Assembly: GCF_964355755.1 (NCBI RefSeq)
Contig: NC_092677.1
Span: 27,205,175-27,269,174 of the forward strand
Length of the DNA stretch: 64,000 nucleotides
Direction: 5' to 3'
Source: Antedon mediterranea
Lineage: Eukaryota; Animalia; Echinodermata
Shown: one piece after another, positions 13,001-33,632 of the stretch
Position numbering within the stretch: the first letter of the stretch is position 1
How the letters are laid out: every line of letters starts with the position of its first letter
Position numbers and translations under genes: made by a program
Notes under the pieces: generated by a model
The model's input: the letters and a program-made list of their open reading frames with translations, nothing else
The model's database searches: none
What the model was told of the DNA's origin: nothing

Positions 13001-16000
13001 ACAGGTAGTAATACAGCTAATGTTTTATAATCAATCTAATACGTACCTTACTCATTTTTAAAGCCTTCATAAAAATTGTATATTTTTTCGTACCCAGTCA
13101 TTGTATTGAATCGCGTATAGACCTGTATTTAATAATCTCAATGAAACAGATAATGTAGCTGAATATCAGCAAAGCTAAAGCTCTGTTTACACTATCAAAC
13201 AGTATGTGACCAAAAAAATGTGATGTGGCCATATATGGACACGATGATGTCATGTCACTACCATATTAGGGAACACTTTTTTTGTCAAACTAGTTTGCTT
13301 TACTACACATAAAACTGTAAATATAAGAAAAATAGAAAGATGATAATATTGAAAAAAAATCCACGCGCATGAAGAGAGGCCACAGATTGTATTATTGTAT
13401 ACATATTGCTTACAGTATAGATAACACGCTCCAGACCTTGATTTAAAAGGAGCGCCATGGCGCTGACGCTCCTTGGCGCTCCTGAAAACGATCAAAGGAG
13501 CGCCTAAAATAGCGCTCCCCAACCTGTTACAGTGCGTCATAAAAATATATATAATGATAAGAATATTAACCCCGAATACAACACACAGTCTATATATAGT
13601 CGCGCAAACGATCTTTGTTATGGCTACCCCCGATAGGCTAGGCGCGCCTACGATCTTTGATGTTGCGAGAAAAATATCGTAAACAATTCATTCTAAATAT
13701 AGTATCAGAATGTTCAATCGGTAGCTCAAAAAGACTGCCGTCAGAAGACCGTAATTATACAGACCTAGTTTTTTTGGTCACATGGCATGAAACGCGATAC
13801 TCTCTGCTTTACCGCAACATCTCACATTTTTTTTAACTCATATGTACGAAAGCCCATTAATGCCATTTTAAGTATATGTTTTTCGAACGTAATCCGTTAT
13901 AACGAATTAGTAATTCGTTTGAACGGATTAATAATCTGTTCAAACGAATTAGTAATCCGTTCAAACGAATTGCAACATATACAACAAGTGCCATTTAAAG
14001 TATATGTTGTAATTCGTTTGAACGGATTACTAATCCGTTCAAACCAATTACTAATTTGTTTAAACGGATTACTAATTTGTTCAAACGGATTACTAATCCG
14101 TTCAAACGAATTACTAATTTGTTTAAACGGATTACTAATTCGTTCAAACGAATTACTAATTTGTTTAAACGGATTAGTAATCCGTTCAAACGAATTACTA
14201 ATTCGTTCAAACGAATTAGTAATCCGTTTAAACGAATTAGTAATTTGTTTAAACAAATTAATAATTTGTTTAAACGGATTATTAATCTGTTTGAACAAAT
14301 TAGTAATTCGTTTGAACGAATTAGTAATCCGTTCAAACGAATTACAACATATTCTTTAAGTGGCACTTGTTGTATATGTTGCAATTGGTTTGAACGGATT
14401 ACTAATTCGTTTGAACAGATTACTAATCCGTTCAAACAAATTAATAATTTGTTTAAACAGATTAATAATCTGTTCAAACGAATTAGGAATCCGTCCAAAC
14501 GGATTAGTAATTTGTTTAAACGGATTACTAATCTGTTTAAACGAATTACTAATTCGTTTAAACGAATTAGTAATCCGTTTAAACAAATTATTAATTTGTT
14601 TAAACAAATTACTAATTTGTTTAAACGGATTACTAATTCGTTCAAACGAATTACTAATTCGTTCAAACAGATTAGTAATCCGTTTAAACAAATTATTAAT
14701 TTGTTTAAACAAATTATTAATTTGTTTAAACAAATTACTAATTTGTTTAAACGGATTACTAATTCGTTTGAACGAATTAGTAATCCGTTTAAACAAATTA
14801 TTAATTCGTTTAAACAAATTAGTAATCCGTTTAAACAAATTAGTAATTCGTTTGAACGAATTAGTAATTCGTTTGAACAAATTAGTAATCCGTTTAAACA
14901 AATTAGTAATTCGTTTGAACGGATTAGTAATCCGTTTAAACGAATTACAACATATACTTTAAATGGCACTTGTTGTATATGTTGCAATTCGTTTGAACGG
15001 ATTACTAATTCGTTTGAACAGATTATTAATCCGTTCAAACGAATTACTAATTCGTTAGAACGGATTACGTTCGAAAAACATATACTTCAAATGGCATTAA
15101 TGGGCTTTCGTACATATGTGAGGGTGGCTGCCGACGATAAACAGTAATCAATCGTGTACCTGGATTTTGTGTCACATGACAAGAAACATAATTATACTCT
15201 CTCTGATCTTAATAACTGCTCACATGTTTTCCCCTCCAAATTCTGGTCGGGCCTTTTCAGTCTTATACACATGTCGCCTTTATGTTAAATCTTATAGTAA
15301 TTAATATGGAATATATATTTATTTTGCATATATTTTGTTGGTGTCCTAGCCTAGGTGTCGTTGTTTTTATAATTCGCTAACCCAAGGTAGGATTAAATAA
15401 TTTATAGTGTAGGCCGCCGAAACTAGACTAGGCCTAGGCCTAGGTAGATAGCCTCGACTCTCTCTCTCTGCGTGAGCTGAGAGGTCCACGGACCCGATGT
15501 CGTCTCGTCGGCGGATTTCCGTCCAAATTAGGATAACCGATGCGTAGGCCTAGCTAGGGTGGCTACAAAAATTAACGTCTACTATCTTTAGATAGGATTT
15601 TAATTAGCAAACAATACATTGTTTGTTTGCATTGTCCATGCTTCTAAAGGCGATGACAATGGTGTTTACTAACCCTACGAACCACCCTACGATCAACGCC
15701 TAGATAATTATCATAACAATACATCATAGACTACGTTCAGAGAACAATGACCTACGATGAATTTTACGTGCGAGAGTACCATTTCCGGCCATCTAGAGGT
15801 GTCATTTATCAAAATTCGGCTCGTCACAGGCCCAACCATGGTGGGCCTGTGCCTCGAATACTTAATCAAAATAATGGCTCTCCTCAACATATTGAGGAGA
15901 GCCATTAGGAGCTCTCCTCTTATATTTATAAATCAAGGTCTGACGCTCCTTATCCACACTTTATGATAAATGAATGCAACCATACATTATTTTATATGCA

Positions 16001-18711
16001 TGCTATGTCATGTTAACAACACCGTCATTGCTATTTAGCCTTTTATTTTTAATGTTTAATCAAACTAAGGGAAAATTTGAATGCATTAAAGCTCTGTCTA
16101 CACTATCAAATTTTATGTGACAAAAAAATGTGATGTGCCCATATATGGACACGATGATGTCATATCACTTACATATTTGGGCATATCACTTACATATTTG
16201 GGTACATCACACTTTTTTGTCACATAAAGTTTGATAGTATAGACAGAGCTTAAGGTAATAATGGTATTTGTATATATTTTATTTTTAGAATATCATTTTT
16301 AATAACTAATGAAAACTATAATAATAATAATTAACCTACATAAATAAATGCAATAACTTTGGCATGCATACTACCTTATAAGGTGATCATTCACTATCAA
16401 GCTAGTACATAAATGAATTTAATATTATATTTAATATCTGTAGTTAAGTTCACCCTGTGCTACAAATACAAGCCTGTATAAAGTTTATCCTAGTGTAACC
16501 CATCACCATCGTTGATGCAATATGTTATAATCCTCGAATGTAAACCCACTTTCTAAATGCAAAGGGATTAATATGTTATGATCCTCGAATGTAAACCCAC
16601 ATTCCAAATTAAATATTACATTCTCCCCATTCAATACATAATTGGTGACATTAGTTAATAAATATGTTGTTAATCTAATTCTGCTTGTTGAGTTGTATTC
16701 TTGTTAATGTTACAATGTTTATGTTGCAAACAAATATATAATTACTTTATTATCAACATTACATTATGGTATAATCCTTGCCATGTATTTTTAAATAATT
16801 TATGTATTGGTTGATTTGTACACGCCTTGCATACAAATTTTCATTTAAACCATTATAAACTTAATGGTAGGTGTAACGATGTTTATATAAAATTTCTATC
16901 ATAATATAAAACAAACTAACAACAAAAAGTGAGGCAAATTATTATGATTCAAAAATTCATTCAACATATAAAGTTTTAAAATTGAATCATATGGTTTTTT
17001 TTTTATATTATAATGTATTAGTAAACTCTCTAATGTCATGATATTAATGTTTTAAGTAACATTCTTTTTTTCAGTTTACTACAAGTCAAGCAAACCTGCT
17101 TCAAGGTCAAACTTTAATCGGAGGTCAATCACTCATACCGACTGCAACTATAGCTACCGGTACGTCGGCACCAACCGCAGCAACCATCGTGACACCAGCG
17201 GTGCAAACGGCAGCAGTAATACAGCAGCAGCAACAGCAGCAGCAGATACAAGTACAAGCCAAAGCACCTACAATAAATGAAGAACCAACAGATTTAGAAG
17301 AGTTAGAACAGTTTGCAAGAGAATTCAAACAGAGGAGGATTAAATTGGGATTCACTCAGGTAAGAAGAGTCTTATTTAAACTGTTAATGGGTATTATTTA
17401 CCATAGAAAGTGTCTTAGTTTATGGTTGTCTGATATGGTTCAGTAGAATGTTCAATGTTTAGTAAATAAGGCGTGCAGAATAACTTAACAGATCATTAGA
17501 TTTGATGATGTTTGAAACGTCAAAATTTATGATAAGGTCATTGTTCCGTACTCAATTATACATCTTAATAATCGTTTTATCCTTTTAACTTTGAGCAATT
17601 GTATGTCACATGAATTTCTGTATGGACAAATAAAATGAACTATGAACTATGTGGTGAACTATGAACTATGAACTATGTGGTGCGGTATCAAAAAACAAAA
17701 CAGAACATATTGAGATAAAAATGTGGTGATGGTTGTTTTGTATGTTTTTTGGCAAATAAGAATAATAATGTATTATTTGTTTGTTTGCATCCATAGGGAG
17801 ATGTAGGATTGGCAATGGGCAAGCTATACGGCAATGACTTCAGTCAAACAACTATCTCAAGATTTGAAGCATTAAATTTAAGTTTTAAGAACATGTGCAA
17901 GTTAAAACCACTTCTACAAAAATGGCTTGAGGATGCGGACTCGACCGTTGCAAACCCAGCTCTGCTCGGATCCCCGCATAGTACACCCGACGGCATTGGT
18001 AGGAGACGTAAAAAACGCACTAGTATTGAAACTAACGTAAGAGTAGCTCTTGAAAAAAGCTTCTTAAATAACCCAAAACCAACGTCAGAGGAGATACAGT
18101 TGTTAGGTAACTCACTTGGCATGGAGAAGGAAGTCGTACGTGTTTGGTTCTGCAACAGAAGACAAAAAGAAAAACGTATAAACCCGCCTAATTCACCATT
18201 TAGTCATGGTGGATTGCTTTCCCCTGGGCTATCCACTCAATCGTTGATAAGTCCTCAATCTACTATGTTAACGAACATTACAGGAGGAAGCCAATTGGCT
18301 ACGTCCGTTCCAAATTCAAATACCATTCCAGGTCTGACCCAGATTGCGACATCGTCTGTGCCCTCGCAAGTACTACCCTCTGGCTTCATGCTCAATGTAC
18401 CGCTTAACTTTGCTGTGAATCCAGTTGCAACTTCCGCTACCTCAACGAACACTAATACAGCAATGAATTTGGCTGCTGCTAATGCAGTTGCAAATGCTGC
18501 AGGACTTACGCTCGCACCGAGCCATCTACCAATCTCATTGGCTACGTCGTTAGCCAATGGTAACCCTCAAATGGTGATAGCAAATACGCAGGGTAATACA
18601 AACATGATTCAAACAGCCTCGATTCCAGTATCTCAGGTACAAAGCCACATCATCACGGCCGCGCCTATATCAACACCTGCAGTAACGCAAGTATCGTCAG
18701 CAAGTAAATAA
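1095..18711 (+). CDS. POU2F1: Class II POU-homeodomain transcription factor (Oct1/POU2F1-like), spliced. Approx. exons 1095-1104, 1572-1631, 2038-2078, 2534-2695, 2955-3194, 3907-3984, 11960-12097, 12912-13004, 17075-17359, 17797-18711
   Basis: POU-specific domain [27 protein letters not shown]|[44 protein letters not shown] and homeodomain [32 protein letters not shown]...[17 protein letters not shown] are diagnostic of class II POU. The Q-rich N-terminal exons join in frame across GT-AG introns. The first exon/ATG at 1095 is tentative. The symbol denotes the POU2F family. Confidence 0.93.
6317..7096. repeat. 39-bp minisatellite, about 20 copies (POU intron)
   Basis: Unit GGGATTGGAAGGCAGGCTTGTTAACCCCCAAGCTACATC, nearly invariant. 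Confidence 0.97.
7476..7983. repeat. 29-bp minisatellite, about 17 copies
   Basis: Unit AAACATGGTTTGTGCTGTTTCGGTAGCCC. Confidence 0.96.
8207..8343. mobile_element. CAG..CTG MITE with 5-bp TSD (hAT-like)
   Basis: TGATA|CAGGGAAAATTTT...AAAATGTTCCCTG|TGATA. A 5'-truncated second copy lies at about 54535-54699. Confidence 0.72.
8846..9250. repeat. Pyrimidine-rich ~21-22-bp minisatellite
   Basis: Unit approx. TTTTACTGTTCCCCTGCCCCC, degenerate. Confidence 0.9.
12369..12587. mobile_element. Family B MITE with nested family A MITE (12457-12570)
   Basis: Outer TAA|AGCTTGGTTCCC...GGATACCAAGCT|TAA. Inner TTA|AGCCTCTGTCC...AGACAGAGCT|TTA. Confidence 0.8.
13432..15942. mobile_element. Non-autonomous TIR element, CAG..CTG ends, 6-bp TSD, host of a nested element
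   Basis: ACGCTC|CAGACCTTGATTTA ... TAAATCAAGGTCTG|ACGCTC. Subterminal GGAGCG/GGAGAG palindromic motifs and a CpG-rich interior. Confidence 0.75.
13845..15112. mobile_element. Non-autonomous TIR element with 21-bp palindromic arrays (IS3EU-like ends)
   Basis: CATATG|TACGAAAGCCCATTAATGCCATTT...AAATGGCATTAATGGGCTTTCGTA|CATATG. Long TIRs; interior made of AAACGAATTAGTAATTCGTTT-type units. Confidence 0.8.
16090..16250. mobile_element. MITE family A (Tourist/PIF-Harbinger-like), best-preserved copy of about 14
   Basis: TIR AGCTCTGTCTACACTATCAAA ... TTTGATAGTATAGACAGAGCT flanked by TAA on both sides. Other copies approx. 2107-2258, 3228-3379, 10492-10555, 12457-12570, 13179-13305, 19228-19375, 20903-21014, 25610-25722, 36044-36195, 38360-38480, 40313-40442, 56636-56784, 58891-59046. 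Confidence 0.88.
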
Positions 18712-21700
18712 ATCTACATGTGCGAGTGTCGCCGAGTAAATGACTATTTGACGAGTGCCAAACTACCGTACTGTCGTTCTAATCGGTATTATAATAGAGA
18801 TTGTGCGCACGTATTCTCTTGCTGTTTGTGAGTTGATTACAAACATATCGGGTCTTGTTTGTGTTTCAACCTCTTAGGAAAGATTGATAGTGAATATACC
18901 TTGATGTTTAGCTGGTCAAACTATGTGATTATTGACTGTATTCTACTGCGATATGTATCACAACTTTTTATTCATTATAGGAAATCAAAATTAGTAAAAT
19001 GATTATGATTTTAAAATGTGCATTTTCAAATCATGCTTATCAGTGACTTTTAAGCTATTGATCATTGATGTGACCTGGTTTTAACAAAAGTCAACAAAAA
19101 CGGATTATTTCAACTTTACTGCAGCTTATTAACTATCTTTAATAACACATTTTAAAGGAAAGAAAATAACTTGAAATTGTCAACTAATCTCTTCTGCATT
19201 TATTTTTTTTATATAGACAGAGCTTAAAGCTCTGTCTACCATATCAATCTACTGTAGTTTGGCAAAAAAGTGTGATGTGCTCAAATATGGTAGTGATATG
19301 CCTAAATATGGTAGTGATATGACATCATTATGTTCATATATGGGCACATCACATTTTTTTGTCACATAAAGTTTGAGATTAATTGCAAAGCTGAATACAT
19401 AGCTATTTACTATTACTAAATATAAAATTCTTTACTTCCATTATTTTGTTTTTGTTGATTTATCCACCTATATTTCTGTACAGTTTATCCTTTGTTGATT
19501 TAAAATGAATGAAATATTATTTTAAATTCTTTATTTTCTATTGTATATAGAAAGGAGTGTTTTTAGTTTTTGTGTTAAAGAAAATTATTTATCAGTTCGT
19601 TATTAGTTACTCTAATATCAGTATTTATTTAATCTTTATTTTAAATATTAGATTTTAGTTACCTTTTTGTTGCTAAGCAACTTAAAATGCCTTATCTGTG
19701 AACTTTGACCTCATAATGTTGTCCCATTGAAACAATAATTACGAAAATGTACTGTAGCCTACAGAAGGAAAGTTTTATTTCAATCCAATTGATAACTTAT
19801 GATCATGGATATGTAATGTTTTGGAATTCTTAAATCATAAATCATCACATTTATTTTAAGAAGTTTGTGTAAGTAACGTTTGGCTGAATGGTAGTCAAGT
19901 TAATGAATGATAAATTAAGTGAGCCTCCTCAGAAGGTGCTTAAACAGGATTAATCTAGGTAATACTGGTGTTTAATCCAGTTATAACTGGTATTTGATCC
20001 AGTTAATACTGGTATTCAATCCAGTTAAAACTGGTATTTTCATTTGGTTGTTTTCAAGAGACAATATACTCTTTTAATCTTCATAAAACTATTGTCTTGA
20101 AATGAACATTCCAGAATGTAATGTAAATGTTTTATAAGATGTAAAGAGTGTATGTCAAGTTGCCAATGTACAGTTCTGTCATGTTTTATCTATTTTAAGT
20201 GTAATATTTTTAAATGAGAAACCATTTCAATTTAAGTTTATCTTACCAAGAACAGTTATATAGATTAGTATTATGTTCATTACACAGTTAACTCTCTAAA
20301 CTCCCTTCAATTGGCATGCCTCTAATAATTTAAGCGTCATGAAAACAAAACATGGACGTTTGCTTTGATTTGCAGGACCAGAACCGTGCCGAAACAGGTG
20401 TGAACACTGAAAGACACTTTACAGTTCAAAAAAGTGTTTGACTTTTATTCTTAAAAATGGTATGAATTACCATATTTAGTACATCAGTTTCTTTTATTGT
20501 ATATCAACATATTAATTTTAAACATGATTATTTGTTTCACATCCTGGTTTTGCCTCACAATTTGATAATTGTAATTAGAATAAACTGCTGTATTTGATAC
20601 AGTTTGATATCAATCTAATTGAGAATATGATGAATGGTTTTCACAATGTTTACAGATAAAATCTTGTGTGAATTACCAAGGGAGCCTTTGATTACGGACG
20701 ACCTAACTAGGTCAGGTCAATTGATGCGTTGTTGGTCGTTGTCTGGACTTAGAAACCGTCAAAACTGTGTTGACCTGTGAAATGAAGAAACTAGTCCCTA
20801 TGTATATTGCACAATGAATTAACATGACATACATTGGTCAAAGGTCGTTGAAAATCAAAAGCTCCTTATTTATAACACTTTATACAGCATCATGTTTTGT
20901 AAAGCTCTGTCTACACTATCAAACTGAAAAAAGTGTGATGTGCACAAATATGGTAGTGATATGTTTAAATATGGTATCGTGTCCATATATGGGTTTGATA
21001 GGGTAGACAGAACTTAGAAACATAGACAGTAGAAATAATATTTTGATGTCAGATTATGAATGTTATTAGCATACTAATCCTGGTATAGACCCAGCTTGAG
21101 GAAAAGAGCTGCACCGAATTGTTGAGTAATGTGTATGTCACATGTTACTGCTAAGTAGTATGGTTGGTTGCATGGTCGCATTCATTATACAGTACATTGA
21201 AACCAGGTAGTGTAATAAAGATATTTGTGACCATTGCAAATTTTATTTAAAGAAATCAATTTAATACAAGATTCATATTGTTGTTATAAATGTTCTAGAG
21301 GTAAACAGGTTTCTGGAACAATTGGAAATGCTTTATAAATAAATTCATTTATTCACAATTAATTTTAATTGCTTGAACAACCTACAGGTGAATACAAGTT
21401 CCGATATCAATTGACAATGTTTTATTTAAATTTATTTATTAACCAATAGATTTATTTATTCTCCATTAATGTTTTTGTTAATCAAAAAAGTATCTTAATT
21501 TATATTTTGTATTCAGAATGTTACCTCTTTCAAGTAATGTTTCTGTTATTTTTTATTGATTTTTTTTAAAGGGAGAGTTTTTATTTAAAATTTCCATTGT
21601 ATATTTGTTTAAATAATCCAGCATTTCACTTTTTGTGTAATATTTTTTAAGTCATGTTGTTCATTTAGGCTCAATCCTTTTTAGAAAATTAAAATTGACT

Positions 21701-22324
21701 GAAGTTTTGTACATTTTTTGAAATCTTTTCCTAAGCTCTCAGTGAGAAAAAAATCACCCAAAATATGAACGTTTAAAAAAATTAACCAAGTGAGAGAAGA
21801 TGGCTGGAAAAAAGGAAATTATTCTGCTGGCAGCTTGGACAATTCCACACACAAGATGAAAGTATGCAAACTAGACATGGTTGAATGACTCGGCCAACAA
21901 TGTGTGAGTATATTTTCCCATTAACTATTTGTCACAATTTTCCCTCACAAATTTTTTTTTGTAAACAAATATGAAATTTTACAAATTCAATTATTATAAT
22001 ATTGCTGTGTGACTAAAAAAGGTATATTCTCCCCATTCTACTTGTAACATTACATTTTAATAAACAAGAGGGCACTATATATATATTTTTCCAAACTTTT
22101 TATTTACCCTACAGCAGATAAATACAGTATTTAATCATCTTAATTACAAATACTAGATTATTGTACTAAAAGTATAATTATTGTGTCGATTTTTCTTTTG
22201 TGTTCGTTCCATTTCCCTTCTAGCAGTGATACCCTTTGTACAGCATATGACGTCTTTAAATTACTTTATTCAAACACTATGTTTTTGTATAGCAGTCATT
22301 TTATTTAAATTCTCAGAACTATAG

Positions 22325-31734
<9,410 letters not shown>

Positions 31735-32520
31735 TTTTACCTTTAATTTGAAATATAAGTTAACAACTTGTTCATATTGTGCCTTACATTAATTGCATAA
31801 AAAGCATGAATTTGTGATTTTTATTTGCAGTTATTGCTAGGCCTCCGTTTTCATGGATCACCAGGCATCGAGATGACTGGGCAAATATGAAAATTAATAA
31901 TTTATTATTTACAAAATTCGTGGCGGTTCGGAAGATTTTATGTTTTCCCCGGAAAATTTTATGTTTTCCCCGGAAAATTCAATGTTGTGAAAAAAATAAT
32001 TGAGCGTCATACTATGGTACGCCAAATACGCCTGATTTATTAATTACGTTTTTACAACAATTTAAACATTTTCTAAATAATATTTAATGATTTTTATAGT
32101 ATTTTCTGTATTATACGTTTATACCTTTATGACAAAGGCAGAATAGGCTTCTAGATAATACACTGTCAATTATAAACACTATGATGTAACATTACATCAC
32201 ACACCTTTGCCATATTTGTTGAATATGTTTTTATTTCACTACAGTTAGTTGTGCCAAACAACAATCGGACAACAGCGGGAGAATTGAATAACAAATAACA
32301 GGAGCTGGCATAAATAAGTCTAGCCTAGATTTCCCAAATAATGAATACGTTGTTTTATACACAAAATACAAAAAGGTGTGTGTTAGGTAGTTATATTATT
32401 AGTAGAGTAGGCCTACCCTAGGGCCTAACTAGCTAGGCTACCCAGCTAGCTAGCTAGAGGGCCAGGCCGATAGCGATCATTTATTTATTACGGTAGTAAT
32501 AAATGATGAGTAGGATATCT
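31735..32520. promoter_or_regulatory. Divergent promoter region between AFG3L2 and the PROSER3-like gene
   Basis: Head-to-head arrangement, a duplicated TTTTATGTTTTCCCCGGAAAA at about 31936-31978, and a CTAG-rich tract at 32401-32465. Confidence 0.5.
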
Positions 32521-32521
32521 A

Positions 32522-33426
32522 TGTTATGCGCGATTTGAACGATTTGCGCAATTTGAAATTGCGCAAAAAAAATCCTTGCGCAATTTGAATTGAAACATGT
32601 GTTTCAAATTGCGCAAGCAACGTATTAAATTGCGCAAGTAATCTGCAAATTGCGCAAGTAATCTGCAAATTGCGCAAGGTTTTTCGACAGATTGTGAAAT
32701 CATGCACACCCATATTTTTATAGTAATTTCTAAGAATGATTCAAAATTAAAGATAAATATCGCATTTCCTTATTTTAGTAGTGCAAATATTGTTATAAGT
32801 TAGCATACCGTCGAAGAACCGACGAAGGAAAACGAAGCGGTGGTGTTCCACCAGGCGGGCGCGGCGCGGGAGGCCGGCTATACTACTCTAGCCTAGCTAG
32901 GGTCTGGACTACTGATACTGACTAGGTTACATGGCCTAGCTTAAACTAATATTAAAAACTTAATTTTTACATTTATTTTGATTTATTTCAAGTTACAGTG
33001 ATAATATTATTTAATTGTAATAATAAATGTTATGTATTTATTATACACATGTTATCTTCGCAGCGCATTTATTATGTTTTATTTTGAGTTATTTAGTTTC
33101 CAATAAATTATTATAATACCGATTGTCTGGTAGAATTTTGTTGCGCAATTTGAAAATTTGCAGTTCGTTTTCAAATTGCGCAAAGGTGTCATATTGCGCA
33201 AGAACTATCTTGCGCAATTTACAAATTGTGCAGCGCAATTTAAAATTGCGCAAAGATTTTCTTGCGCAATTTGAAATTGCGCAAGTTGATTGCGCAATTT
33301 GAAATTGCGCAAAAAAATCCTTGCGCAATTTTAAATTGCGCAAGAATTCTTTGCGCAATTTGAAATTGCGCAAGGATTTTTTTGCGCAATTTCAAATTGC
33401 GCAAATCGTTCAAATCGCGCATAACA
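32522..33426. mobile_element. Non-autonomous TGT..ACA element with 4-bp TSD (Ginger-like), TTGCGCAA arrays; copy 1
   Basis: TCTA|TGTTATGCGCGATTTGAACGATTTGCGCAATTTGAAATTGCGCAA...CAAATCGCGCATAACA|TCTA. Confidence 0.85.
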
Positions 33427-33632
33427 TCTATACTAAGCTAGCTTGTGGTCTTTCTAGGCCTAGGTTAGGTCATGCCAGAGGATGCTGGTTATGCCATTTA
33501 GTAGGCCTACTATAACCGCAACATATTTATCTATCATAATAAAAGTATTGTCATTGTGTCAAAAGAGTGCAAACTCGGGCGTATACATAACATATTACAT
33601 ACATTTTATATTATATATTTTATTCTTTATAG

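Noticed and set aside
13787-15147. Leu/Asn-rich ORFs resembling LRR or coiled-coil proteins
   Set aside because: They are translations of a palindromic 21-bp array inside a TIR element; no transposase motifs are present.
17844-18557. Antisense ORFs over the POU exon (and similar shadows over AFG3L2, RBM42 and TBRG1 exons)
   Set aside because: These are reverse-frame shadows of real coding exons with no independent evidence.
19968-20040. Short 22-bp palindromic repeat (ACTGG..CCAGT) downstream of the POU stop as a possible miRNA hairpin
   Set aside because: It has only about 3 degenerate units and is better explained as a small tandem repeat; there is no support for a pre-miRNA.
33089-33515. 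RNFKLRK-repeat ORFs (also 53102-53311 and 53723-53923)
   Set aside because: They are translations of the TTGCGCAA arrays of the TIR element, not protein genes.
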